Origin: Octopus vulgaris
Taxonomy: Eukaryota
Reading direction: 5' to 3'
DNA: 64,000 nt
Assembly: GCA_951406725.2 (NCBI GenBank)
Contig: OX597816.1
Coordinates: forward strand, 113,646,001 to 113,710,000
The translations under genes were made by a program, and so were the position numbers. Below the pieces are notes generated by a model that was not told the origin of the DNA, searched no databases, and saw only the letters and a list, made by a program, of their open reading frames with translations. Positions 24,941 to 37,980 of this stretch are shown piece after piece. The number at the start of each line of letters is the position of its first letter. Position 1 is the stretch's first letter.

Positions 24941-25190
24941 GGACAGCCAACAACTGATGAAGGGTTGTTCTTTATGTTACTTGTCTTGTTTTCCATTTGT
25001 TTCTCCCATTGTTCACATGCCCGAGTTTGTCTTTGTATTTCGTGGTGTTTTCATATTTCATGTTGTTTACATTTTGTGACGCCCTGTATCCATATATGCA
25101 TATATATGTACATATATTTGTATTTATATACATATATGTATTATATATGCATATATATATTTTATTTATATTGTATATATATATATATGC

Positions 25191-25221
<31 letters not shown>

Positions 25222-25825
25222 AACATATACATATATATACACACATATATACATATATATACATGCATACATATATATACATATATACATATATATACAT
25301 ATACACATATATATGTATGTATGCATGTGTATATATATATACGCACATACATATATACACACACACAATACAAATGCATAAGTGCATGTGTATACACATA
25401 CACACACACACACACACATATTTGTATACATATACAAATATGCACACACACACAAGCACACTTACACAGCTGATTCCTGGTTATGTTACTGCCTTTATAT
25501 AAATTTGTGTAAAGAACCCAGATATATTTTCTATATTACCACGAAGAAAATGGACATTAAACTGAAAGGAAAAGTGGACAATAAAAAATAAAATGAATAA
25601 ATAAATATGAACATTCTATTCCTTAATCAAACTTAGTGAGCTATTTTAAGAATCTAGAGATTCTTTAAGCAAGAATGTTAAACTATTTTTATTATGACTC
25701 ATGGTACAGCAGAAAATAGATAAGCATCATTATAAAAAATAAATTTTTGTCTTTCAAAAAATTAATTTTATACATGCAACTGCTGCTATATACATCATGC
25801 ATTTAAACATATTTCATTCTTGCTT

Positions 25826-25880
<55 letters not shown>

Positions 25881-25894
25881 TGTATTCTTCCATG

Positions 25895-25938
<44 letters not shown>

Positions 25939-26746
25939 CATATATATATGCATGGAAGAATACATACATTTGCATGTGCGTACATACATACATACGTACT
26001 TACGTATGTACATACATGCAAAAATATATACCTATATATGTATACATATATACCTATATATGTATATGTAGATATGCTTATATGTATGTTTGTATGTATG
26101 TAAGTATGTATGTATATATGTATCTCCTTATAAATTTATAATGTGAAAGGGTAATATGAAAGTGACACTAATAGTAGTAACATGTTTACAGATAAAAGGG
26201 AGGACAGAGAGAGAGGGGGGAGAGAAGAGGAGAGAGAGAGTGATGAATAGTCCTGGAAATGGTCAGTGGTGGGGAGTGTGATCAATGTCTGTGATAAGTG
26301 ACTTAGAGGAAAGGTGGGAGTGGCAAGTAGCAGTATAGAGGGGATGATAATGATGGCTGGCAAGGGAGAGCATGGGTGAAAGATAATCAGAGGTGGTGGT
26401 TAAAAAAAGCGTGATGAATGGTAATAAACAAGTAACCTGAGGGAGAGAAACTGACTGCAGTATAAAAGGATAAATAGGGAAGCACACTGGATATCAATAG
26501 GTGTGATGCAATCTTTTGCTACTCAGATTTCATGATGGGTAACTGAAGAACTGGTTAGTAGTAACAGAGTAACAAAATGAAATATATATGCATGTGTATG
26601 TGGATATATTTATATATATGGATACAGGACGTCACCAACAGTAAACATGAAATACAAAAACAAATAAATTCATTATGCAAACAGCGAGAGAAATAAATGG
26701 AAAACAATACAAGTAACATAAAGAATGACCCTTCATCAGTTGTCAG

Positions 26747-26750
<4 letters not shown>
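24941..26750. repeat. Two inverted copies of one dispersed repeat (24941-25095 plus, about 26615-26750 minus)
   Basis: caactgatgaagggttgttctttatgttacttgt...gtgacgccctgtatccatat and its reverse complement; both abut (TA)n. Confidence 0.75.
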
Positions 26751-26790
<40 letters not shown>

Positions 26791-26814
26791 GTATATATAA
26801 TTATATATATATAA

Positions 26815-27461
26815 TGTGTGGTAAGTAGCATGCTTACCAACTACATGGTTTCATGTTCAGTCCCACTGCATGGCACCTTGGGCAAGTGTCTTCTACTATA
26901 GCCTTGGGGTGACCAAAGCCTTATGAGTGAATTTGGTAGATGGAGAGTGAAAGAAGCATGCTGTATGTGTGTGTGTGTGTGTGTGAGTGTGTGTGTGTCT
27001 GTGTCTGTGTTTGTCCACCCTCACCATCACTTGATAACTGATGCTGGTGTCTTTTACGTCCCTATAATTTAGTGGTTTGGCAAAAGAGACTGAAAGAATA
27101 AATACTAAGCTTACAAAGAATAAGTCCTGGGTTCGAATTGTTTGTCTAAAGGCAGTACTCCAGCATGGCCACTGTCAAATGAGTGAAATAAATATAAGAA
27201 TGAAAGAATAAAATATGCACAGGCATAGCTTCCCAACCATATGTTTCCAGGTTCAGTCCCATGTTGTGGCACTTTGGGCAAGTGTCTTCTACTATCGCCT
27301 TGGGCCGACTGAAGCCTTCGAGTGGATTTGGTAGGTGGAAACTGAAAGAAGCATGCTGTATATATATATATATATAAATTCAAATTTTGCTTTAGAAGCA
27401 TTGAGATGTCTAGAAAAATTATCCTGCGTTTGAGAATAAAAAAATGACTTCCTTAACTTAA

Positions 27462-27518
<57 letters not shown>

Positions 27519-27850
27519 ATATGTATGTATGTATCTATGTAGCTATGTATCTATGTGCGTGTGAGTCTGTGTCTATGTTTGTACCCCCATCACTACTTGA
27601 TAACCAGTGTTGGTGTCTTTGCATCCCCGTAAAAGAGACCAATAGAATAAGGGTAATGTGAAAGTAACACTAATAGTAGTAACATGTTTACAGATGAAAA
27701 GGAAAGAGAGAGCAAAAGAAGAAGAAGAGAGAGAGTGATGAATAGTCCTAGAAAGTTAAGTCCTGGGGTTGATTTGCTCAACTAAAACCTCTCAGGCAGT
27801 GCTCCAGCATGGCTGCATTCAAAAGCCTGAAAAAATAAAAGAATAAAAGA
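26815..27850 (+). mobile_element. Two tandem SINE family A copies (about 26815-27210 and about 27216-27850, the second interrupted)
   Basis: Head, body and tail motifs occur twice. Confidence 0.8.
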
Positions 27851-27913
27851 ATAATTTATATATGTATATATATATATACACACATATATATATATATATA
27901 TGTGTGTGTGTGT

Positions 27914-28145
27914 CAATCTTTATATCCAACTTACTGTGGATGTCTAGTTAGAATGCTGAATACTGCATTATAAGCCTTGAGAGATTCTCTCATATAGGTG
28001 CATGATGTATAAAATCACCTCATCTGCCTGATTTATGTCTGTGCTTTTATGCACTGTGTGCCTATATGAAAGGATCTCTTAAGGCAAATAATGCAGTATT
28101 CACTGTTCTAACAAGACAGTCATGTTAAGCTGGATATAAAGATTG
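27914..28145. repeat. Diverged inverted repeat, arms about 100 bp
   Basis: caatctttatatcca...tgaatactgcatta...gccttgagagat...tcatatagg versus cctatatga...atctcttaaggc...taatgcagtattca...tggatataaagattg. Confidence 0.75.
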
Positions 28146-28208
28146 CCTTTTGGTACTAATACAGCTTCTGTCAGTAATAATTAATTTACACATGCACACA
28201 CAACTTAG

Positions 28209-28381
28209 TCATCATCATCATCATCATCTTCGTCGTCTTTTAATGTCCGCTTTCCATGCTAGCATGGGTTGGACGATTTGACTAAGGTCTGGCAAACCAG
28301 ATGGCTGCACCAGACTCCAATCTGATCTGGCAGAGTTTCTACAGCTGGATGCCTTTTCTAACGCCAACCACTTTGAGAGGG
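28209..28381 (-). mobile_element. RTE LINE 3'-UTR-only copy
   Basis: (CAT)n plus tttaatgtccgctttccatgctagcatgggttggacg..., matching 55880-56040. Confidence 0.85.
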
Positions 28382-29019
28382 TAAAGTCATATTTAACTCA
28401 TCCGAGTACATGCAGATGCAGATGTTAAAAGATCTTTAATGATGGAAATTTTCCTCCTACACATGTGTGTAAACACATATATTCAGCTGTGAATGACATG
28501 AATGGAGTGGAAGCCACTACAAACACCAGATCTGTCATTCACATTCCATTAAAGACAAAGTCATTCTTATCAGAATAGCATACTGTTTGTTAGCTGATGT
28601 GCAAAGTGTTGAATGAAATATATTCATGTAAAGTCATATTTAACATGTTTAAGTGCATTCGGATATCAGAAGAACTTCTGCTGTTAAAATAGTCTTGAGA
28701 GAAAACCCTTCTTTTAGGTGTATTGAACTATGAATGATGTCATTATATCATAGGACACATGTATTTCTGTGTTCTTTCACTCCATCAATTGTGCACTCCA
28801 AATATGTCATGCACAGCCTGATAAAAATTAACTAATTCTTAGAACAGCATATAAAACATTTGCTGGTATGAATGAAGCTTGGTCCTGCTGGAATGAAATA
28901 ATATTTAATATTGTAGGAAGCATCTTTGAATTAAGATATATTCAAGTAAATATATATGGAGAGAGAGAGAATGGAAGCAAAACTGGGGAGTTCATTAGTT
29001 ACATATATCATCTGCACTG

Positions 29020-29101
29020 ACTTCTGATGAAGGGAAGACTGAGAAGACTTACTAAGCCCTGATTGCATATTTTGAGCATAATCTTCACTGAAACATGTGT
29101 A
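29020..29101 (+). ncRNA. Degenerate hammerhead-like motif
   Basis: CTGATGA-agggaaga...tcttcact-GAAAC-atgt-GTA; stem II pairs 7/8; stem I is disrupted by an acatgtgta duplication. Confidence 0.5.
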
Positions 29102-30051
29102 ACATGTGTAAATAATTTATGAAGCAACTACCAGTCTGTTTTATTATTTTTTAAATTCTGTATTTAGTCTGTGATCTTTCTAATTACAGAGACCAGTGAA
29201 AGATGACTTGGCCTATAATACACAAATTTACTTCACACTTACCTCTTTGATGTATAAGGATGCACATGAAGTTCTAAATACTATGCCATGCAATTTATGC
29301 CATGCAATCCAATCAGACAATACATGTATACATACTTGCATACATGCATGCATGCATCCATCCATAAGCACAAACACACACTAAAATAGAGAAGATGAGA
29401 GCAAAAAAATGAAAATAAAGAATACAAGAAAAAGAATGAAGTGAATAGAAGAGAGAGGGAGGAAGAAAAGAAAGAAGTGTATTGTATTGTTTCCCCCCTG
29501 AAACTTTTGTTCTCAGCTCTCATATTTTAGTATAGGAATAGTGTTTGCTAGTAATGAATTGGTAAGTTGGTTCTCCTGTTTATGAATACTGAAGTTATAC
29601 CAACTGTTAAAAGGTTTGCAACTGCAGGAGATTTGGTGACTAATTCTAATAGTTTCACCAACTGCATAGAGGCTCCCTCCTATAACAGACTTTTGTCTCT
29701 TCTGAAGATATCAGTTATAGTGTTATGACCCCCACCCCCCATGGATAATACTGCATATCCCGATAAACTTTGTGAAACAACTCAGAGATACCTGCTAAGT
29801 GTTTTCAGAATAATTGATGTTTTCACGATGTATTCTCTGCTGTTCATAGTGATGTCTCTCTTCAGATCAACACTGATTGAACAGATCTAGGATAAAAAAT
29901 ACTCCAGCTATGGCTGTTAATCTTTTTCAGAAATAATATCTGAGACTGTATTAGTCAATATCTATTTCTTTTGTTTGTTTTTTCATAAGTTTCTTACATA
30001 CATGGCTATGGCTGCACCTAAACATACACACACACACATTAGGAATATATG

Positions 30052-30080
<29 letters not shown>

Positions 30081-30086
<6 letters not shown>

Positions 30087-30500
30087 GGAGTTTAACACAG
30101 GTTTAATTCAAATAATTTTACTTCCAACACATGTTTTGAAGATATCACTGATATTATTCCAAAGGAATAAAATGGTGTAAAACAATGTAATCTTCAGTTC
30201 ATCACTATACATATCCATCATTTTCTGTTAAAATGTCTTATTGACGAGTTTCATTTCTTCACTTCCCTGAAGAGAAGATTACATTGTTTTACACCATTTT
30301 ATTCCTTTGGAATAATATCAGTGATATCTTCGAAACATGTGTCGGAAGTAAAAGTATTTGAATTACACCTGCGTTAAACTCCATTTATTTATTTATATAT
30401 TATACAAAAAATTTCACGTAAACTTGAAGTTTCTACCTTTAAAAACAAGGTAACTATTTATCTATTTTTTCCGTGTTAATTGTTAACAAGGTAAAAATAC
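30081..30500. mobile_element. Foldback element (Penelope-like inverted terminal repeat), arms about 115 bp
   Basis: Arms about 30081-30195 and 30274-30390; the right arm extends about 110 bp; flanked by (TA)n and (CT)n(TA)n. Confidence 0.8.
30261..30349 (+). ncRNA. Type I hammerhead ribozyme, apparently intact, minimal stem III
   Basis: acttcc-CTGAAGA-gaagat(46 nt)atcttc-GAAA-c-atgt-GTC-ggaagt. Perfect 6-bp stems I and II, canonical core, GUC cleavage triplet at 30341-30343. Confidence 0.8.
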
Positions 30501-30505
30501 ACACA

Positions 30506-30560
<55 letters not shown>

Positions 30561-30708
30561 AGGTTATGAGAGGTAATCGTGTCAGTGAGAGCCAAAGGTA
30601 TCAGGTAATGCTGAATAAATGTTATGGATAGACCATAGTTAAGTTCCAGATTTGGTGATTATACAAATAAGGGGTCCAACTTAGATCATATATCAGCGTG
30701 TGTATATA

Positions 30709-30971
30709 TAATGAGATAAAAAACCAAGGCTTTAGAGCATTTATAGATAGAAAGTCTTACAGCTGTTTCTAGAATATTTATTGTATCCCTTCATCTATTT
30801 TCATTCCTCCACCTCACTCTCTATTTCATATCTTATCTACATTAACTATTGCTTAACCATCTTCTCACACCATCTCCAATGAAGGGATATAATAAATATC
30901 CTAGAAACAGCCGTAAGACCTATTTATAAATGTTCTAAAATCTACACAGCCTTGGATTTTTTATCTCATTA
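30709..30971. mobile_element. Foldback element with two inverted degenerate hammerhead motifs
   Basis: Arms about 30709-30794 and 30879-30971. Plus arm tct-ccaATGA-agggata..tatccta-GAAAC-agcc-GTA-aga; minus arm has GAAAcagctgTA. Confidence 0.7.
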
Positions 30972-31004
30972 CGAAAATATTTTATATTTCTGTTTTCCCT
31001 TCTT

Positions 31005-31141
31005 TAGACTTTTTCTAAATTTCTGATGAAGAGCTCAGCTCTAAACGTTAAATCCTCTTTCTTTCCTTTCCTTTCCTGAGCATTCAATAACACTGTACTT
31101 ATTCTAAGTCCTTGCATTGTTTTTTCTTGCTTGTTCATGTT

Positions 31142-31142
<1 letters not shown>
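31005..31142 (+). mobile_element. Short repeat with a compact hammerhead-like motif (G12 mutated)
   Basis: ttt-CTGATGA-a-gagc(tca)gctc-tAAA-cg-TT-aaa at 31020-31052. Related decayed minus-strand copies at about 5281-5400 and 62255-62345. Confidence 0.55.
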
Positions 31143-31143
<1 letters not shown>

Positions 31144-31224
<81 letters not shown>

Positions 31225-31340
31225 ATATATATATATGTATATATATATATGTATATATGTACATATATATATATGTATATATATATATATGTATATATGT
31301 ACATATATGTATATATATATATATATGTATATACGTACAC

Positions 31341-31373
<33 letters not shown>

Positions 31374-31395
31374 TACACATATATGTATATGTATA
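31144..31395. repeat. (TA)n compound microsatellite
   Basis: Directly visible. Confidence 0.95.
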
Positions 31396-31627
31396 CAGGG
31401 TGACCAAAAGTCACTTGACAGTAAATCAAAATTCCATAAATACTATCTGTAAATTCTGTATTGACTCGAATGGAAAAATGTCGCTCAAGAAGGACTTCAG
31501 TTTAAATAATTTTCATGATGTTTCATATTTAGATGCTTGTATTAAATTCATCGAGCTATTAAACAAAAATAAATCTTGCAATTAATTATATGGTTTTGAT
31601 TTACTATCAGGTGACTTTTGGTCAGCC

Positions 31628-31630
<3 letters not shown>
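31396..31630. mobile_element. Tc1/mariner-type MITE, 235 bp
   Basis: TA TSD; TIRs of about 36 bp, cagggtgaccaaaagtcacttgacagtaaatcaaaa and ttttgatttactatcaggtgacttttggtcagccctg. Confidence 0.9.
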
Positions 31631-31680
<50 letters not shown>

Positions 31681-31738
31681 TATATGCAGGCACACACACA
31701 TTTATGTATACAGACATATATATAAATATATAGGTGAT

Positions 31739-31940
31739 GGGGTGTTGAAAAGCTCCTGGTTTCGGATAAAAGAAAATACCAGAGGATCAGTTATTTTATT
31801 CAACATATTCCCCACTCAGATTCACACACTTACTGCAGTGGTTTTTCAGTTTTTCTAAGCCCTGTAAAAGAACTTGGAATGTTGAGTCTCCAATGAAGCC
31901 TTTCATGATACCCTCAAAGCCAGGTACTTTTCAGCACCTC
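31739..31940. mobile_element. mariner-like MITE, about 200 bp
   Basis: TIRs ggggtgttgaaaagctcctgg and ccaggtacttttcagcacctc; extreme ends decayed. Confidence 0.7.
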
Positions 31941-32061
31941 TGCCAGATCAAGATTGGAGCGTGGTGCAGCCATCTGGTTCGCCAGTCCTCAGTCAAATCA
32001 TCAAACCCATGCTAGCATGGAAAATGGACATTAAACAATGATGATGATGATGATGATGATG
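31941..32061 (+). mobile_element. RTE LINE 3'-UTR-only copy
   Basis: ccagatc...ggtgcagcc...acccatgctagcatggaaaatggacattaaa followed by (ATG)n. Confidence 0.8.
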
Positions 32062-32234
32062 ACATATATATATATATATATATATATACACTTACATATA
32101 CATACATATATATATATATATATATACACACTTACATATACATATATATATATATATATACATATATATACTTACATATATATACATATACACATGCACA
32201 CACACATATATATATGTAGGTATATGTATGTGTG

Positions 32235-32265
<31 letters not shown>

Positions 32266-32685
32266 ATATATATATATGTATATATATATGTACACACACA
32301 CACATATGTTAATGTTATACATATGCGTAATATATGTGTGTGTGTGGGGGGGGGGGTGTTGTATATGCATATATGTGTACAAAGAAGAGAAAAGAGCACT
32401 CAATATCTGAATATCTGTTGTACAGTGTTTAAATATTTGCATTAACAGCTTGACTCAGATTCGCATCACCTGAATTAATACAAACAGTACAGCTGATCCT
32501 TTAGATGTTTAATATTGAGTGACAAAGATGCTGAGGCTTCTAAAATAAGGTTGATTTTTTTGGTGGGGGTGGGGGCTGGGGCAATATGCAGAGTTCTTTC
32601 TCATTGACCAGTTTACACAATGTTGTGGATTTAGTATAACAACTCACTCTCACACATACAAATATGCATGTGTGTGTGCATATAT

Positions 32686-33092
32686 CGGCATGGCTGTGTG
32701 GTAAGTAGCTTGCTTACCATCCACATGGTTCTGGGTTCAGTCCCACTGCATGGCACCTTGGGTAAGTGTCTTCTACTATAGCCTCGGGCTGACCAAAGCC
32801 TTGTGAGTGGATTTGGTAGGCGGAAACTGAAAGAAGCCTGTCCTATATAAATATGCATATACCTATGTGTGAGTGTGTCTCTGTATCTGTGTTTGACCAC
32901 CACCACTACCACCACTTGGCAAATGGTGCTGGTCTGTTTACATTCCAATAACTTAGTTGTTTGGCAAAAGTGTCCGATAGAATAATTACTAGGCTTGAAA
33001 AAATTTAATCCTGGAGTCAATTTGCTCAACTAAAACCCTTTAGGATGATGCTCCAGCATGGCCACAGCCAAATGACTGAAACAAGTAAAAAA
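32686..33092 (+). mobile_element. SINE family A, full length
   Basis: Complete head, body and tail. Confidence 0.9.
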
Positions 33093-33231
33093 AATAAAAA
33101 TAGTATATATATATATATATATATGTATATCTTATAGATATAGATATACATATGTATATATATATATATATGTAAATATATGTGCATATATATATACACA
33201 CACACACATACACACACATGCTGCACTTCAG

Positions 33232-33267
<36 letters not shown>

Positions 33268-33602
33268 GTCCTCCATACTCACATCTAAACATTCGCTCCA
33301 ATCCAATAAACAACATCTGTAAATCAAACAATAAAATAAAGCAACCAATATCTCTCCCTCCCCTACTCTCACATTCAGCCAACCAGCATCATACCACTGA
33401 AGCCCTTTATGTTAGCTCTGTTCCTCTATTTCTTCATTGCTTATCAGACTGAAGATTCTTAGTCTGGGGTGAAACCACTGATTATTATTAGGCACTCAAC
33501 CTCCTCCATTTCTCACAAAATGTGTATATGTGTGTGGGTGAACACACACACAAACACAAATATATATATATATATATATGTATACATCTATATCTATATG
33601 TA

Positions 33603-33654
<52 letters not shown>

Positions 33655-33803
33655 CATACATATATACATATATACATACATACATGCACACCCCTCTTTT
33701 TTCCATCTTAAAGTGAGTGTCAACCTAATACATTCACTATGTACCTCCTTTTGACTTTTGTTGTTTTTCTTTCTTTCTTTGATTTGCCTATATATAAATA
33801 TGA

Positions 33804-33842
<39 letters not shown>

Positions 33843-34314
33843 TGCATTCACACACACATTCACATACATATAGATGTATATATATATGTATGTATATATA
33901 CACACACACACATAAATATATACATATACATACATATATACATGCACACATGCATATATATATACCTGCAAATATGTGCAAATGTATATATATATATATA
34001 TATATATGCACACACACGCATACTGTTACACTGACACAATATAATTCATATCCTTGCACATCACTAAAAGTATCATATAAATAGTGATATATATGGACAT
34101 GCGCTCACACACACACACACATGCACATGCACACACTTATTCATATACTCTCATACACATATAATTACCTTATGACCAGAAATGAGAAACTCTGAGTGGC
34201 AGCTCTCAAACATATCACCTATGAATAAGTAATGTTTTTGCATTCTACCTAACGGTATTGCGTAATTTCTTCTTGCCTAATTGCAATTCACACCAGTGTG
34301 AAATCATGGAATCA

Positions 34315-34358
<44 letters not shown>

Positions 34359-35042
34359 GCACACATTTATGTATGTGGAGATATATGTATGAATATGCAC
34401 ACACAAACATACACACACACGTATGTATATATATACATACATATATATGTGTATGTATATATATATATATGTGTGTGTATGTGTGAGTGTATGCATATTT
34501 TAATTTTGTGGTAGACTGTCTTCAGGATAGAGAGGGACAAGCACTAAGGCATATATGCGCAATGTTTTAATGTATATTTGTATATGTATAGACTCATATC
34601 ACCCACTCCTCTCATGCAGCGAAAGATATCATCCTCCTCTTTTTTCTCCTGCTTTTTTTTTAAACTTTTATTTCTTCTATGTTTTTTTTTTCTGTTTTTT
34701 TTCTTTTACAGTCCACACACACCCACACTTAAAATACAAACACACTGTATGCACACAGATGAGTGTTTTAATTTTATTAGTTTCCCTATCTGGTAAAAGG
34801 TTATATTCATGCCTTGTTTCAATTTTCCACTATGGGAATATCAGCATCAATAACCTTTGCTAAACAGTTTGAAATTTAAATCAATAAATTTCAGTTTTAC
34901 ATTAAAGCTTACATTCAGCTTTTGCAGCAAGTGGAGGCCATTGATGTAAGGAATATATGCATGGGAAAGTGAAGAAGGGATGAGATAAGGAGGAGGTACA
35001 TACATGTGCGTGAATGTGTGTGTGTGTGTTTGTATGTATGTA

Positions 35043-35107
<65 letters not shown>

Positions 35108-35646
35108 ATATGTATATATATATACATGAAAATATAGAGACAGAGACAGAGAGAGAGAGAGAGAGAGTGAGAGAAAAGAGAGGGAAGGATAAAAATAGGC
35201 TGTGAGGCCACAAGGAAGGTTTAATTTCTTATTACGTGCAGTAGTATCACTCACTTACTCATAACATGTGCACTCTTGCTTAATCATGTACATGCACATA
35301 CACATACATACATGCATACATACATGCATACACAAACATTTGCATAAGCGCATGCACTCCATATTACTCTGTCTTTCTACTCAATCACACTACCTTCCCC
35401 ATACACATATGGTACACACACATACATACACACACCGGAGATGCACATACATTCATACACACTTACACTGCATAACACAAACATAGCACCTCTCACCAAA
35501 ATGTAAAGAAAAAAAAGCAATTAAAAAAATAATTCAAAATATTAAAAAAAAAATTTAAGTAGTTTTTTTTATATATGCTTATATACCTTTGAAATTCCTT
35601 ATTGTTATTATACTGTATATCATAACCACAACTACAACAAGATCTA

Positions 35647-35715
<69 letters not shown>

Positions 35716-35951
35716 TTACTACTACTTCAGCCATTGATAGTAGTAATCCATCATAGGCCAATTTGTGTGTTGTTGCTAATTCTTTTAATCTTCTGCATGT
35801 GTGTATGTGTGTGTATGTATACATATGACAGATATGTGTGTTTATACACATACATACATATATATATATATTTATATATATATGCATATATTCATAATAT
35901 ATATATGTGTGTGTGTGTACATATATGTATATATTTATATGTATGTATTTG

Positions 35952-36004
<53 letters not shown>

Positions 36005-36797
36005 GTGTGTATGTGTGTGTATTACTATATTAATAACTTTATCACTTATCTTAGATCCTAATTATGATCTTATTCGCAACCCACACATTCACACACACAC
36101 CTACACATCACATACCCATGTGTACATCACACAAGTTTATGTATAAAACATACAACATATATATACAAAAAAAAAATTAATTATTTTCTTAATAGACACA
36201 AGAACACGCAAGGCATATATTAAAAGCTTATAAATATCAGACACACACATACATATACATGCATGTATGTATATAAAATGCATAGATTCTTGTTGTCTGA
36301 CAAAATATGCATGTAGAAAACATATAATTAGAAAATACACACATGCAAACATGCACATTTAATGCATGTATATATAAGAAATACCCACTTAGAAACATGA
36401 AAACATACTGGAGATATATATATAAGAGATGTATGACACATACATACAACATATTGATATAAAGTACACACATATATGTGTATAAAACAAAACAGATTTT
36501 TAAAGAAAATATATACATAAATTTACATATGGTAAACATGTACATACAAGCACACACACACATGCATACATAGAAGCATGCATACATGCATACATACATA
36601 ATGTAGTTTTTAGCATTTTCTTGAAAATTTACATTATTGTGTGTTTTTTCTATCACTAAGGTTATAAGAAAGATAGAAATATTGATGATGAATGAAAAAA
36701 AATTACGTATCCGAATTTCTCATTTGTTGTAAAATTTATCAAAGAAATTTATAAATTTCATTGACCATAAAGATTTGTAATATGTGTGTGTGCATGC

Positions 36798-36801
36798 TAT
36801 A

Positions 36802-36898
<97 letters not shown>

Positions 36899-36941
36899 GA
36901 TATATATATATATATATGTATATAGATATATATATATACAC

Positions 36942-36988
<47 letters not shown>

Positions 36989-37060
36989 CATATTTATATA
37001 TATATATATACATATATATATACATATTTATATATATATACATATATATATAATACATAC
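36798..37060. repeat. Long (TA)n compound tract
   Basis: Directly visible. Confidence 0.95.
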
Positions 37061-37740
37061 ATATACATGTATATATTTTGTATTTTTTATATATGTATAT
37101 GCATACACACACACAACACACAACACACACACACATATATCTCAGCTGGGATTATACCTTCATTTAAATTGGCTATCAGTTTATCTAGTATAGATTATGT
37201 AATACTCAAAAACAAAACAATACTTATGTGTTCATCTTGTGGTTATAGGAAAACCTTAAAACCACTTTCTGAAGAGTACAGTTTCTGTCATTACCACTGA
37301 CAACAATTTCCTTTTCTAGGTTGTTTCTGCAAAACTTCCTACTCATGCTTTCATTCTTTTAGAACTTCTGTTATTGATATGACTTACTCATGACACCTGG
37401 CTGAATACAGGTAAAGCGGTATCATTGTAACATAAGGTTATTTATATAGCAACCTGTACAACCGAAACGTCTGGGATCAGTGACCTGTGACCATCCTGTT
37501 TTATTGCTATGTCAAAGGAGTCCAAGACCACATTATCCATCACTATCCATCATTTTTTAAGAAAGCAACATGTGATTTGGCTGCTGGAGATACAGTGTAG
37601 TTTTTGTTTATTTCATTCTGTAAAGGTGCAAAATATGAATTGAGAAAATGGCCCAGGTGTATGTAGCTCCAGGAAACACATTTTGAGGATATCTTATTGT
37701 TTGTTTATTTATTAATTGCCAGTGGGGAGGAGCAGTAAAA

Positions 37741-37889
37741 AAGAAGAAGAAGAAGAAGAAGAAGAAGAAGAAGAAGAAGGAGAAGAAGGAGAAGAAGAAG
37801 AAAAAGAAGGAGAAGAAGAAGAAGAAAAAGAAGAAGAAGGAGAAGAAGGAGAAGGAGAAGAAAAAGAAGGAGAATAATAATAATAATAA

Positions 37890-37920
<31 letters not shown>

Positions 37921-37980
37921 AAGAAGAAGAAAAAGAAGAAGAAGAAGAAGAACGCTGACAACAACAGTAACAACAACAAA
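37741..37980. repeat. (GAA)n/(GGA)n/(AAT)n/(AAC)n compound triplet repeat
   Basis: Directly visible; gives the poly-Phe ORF. Confidence 0.95.

Noticed and set aside
24953-24965. CTGATGA as a hammerhead core (also at about 26733 on the minus strand)
   Set aside because: No stem II plus GAAA downstream; at most a remnant half motif lies upstream.
33440-33485. atcaga-CTGAAGA...GAAA-cca-ctgat as a hammerhead
   Set aside because: Stem II pairs poorly and there is no NUH triplet; could be chance or too decayed to call.
37320-37410. AG/GT-bounded candidate coding exon
   Set aside because: Stop codons in all three frames; splice-like signals are common in AT-rich DNA.
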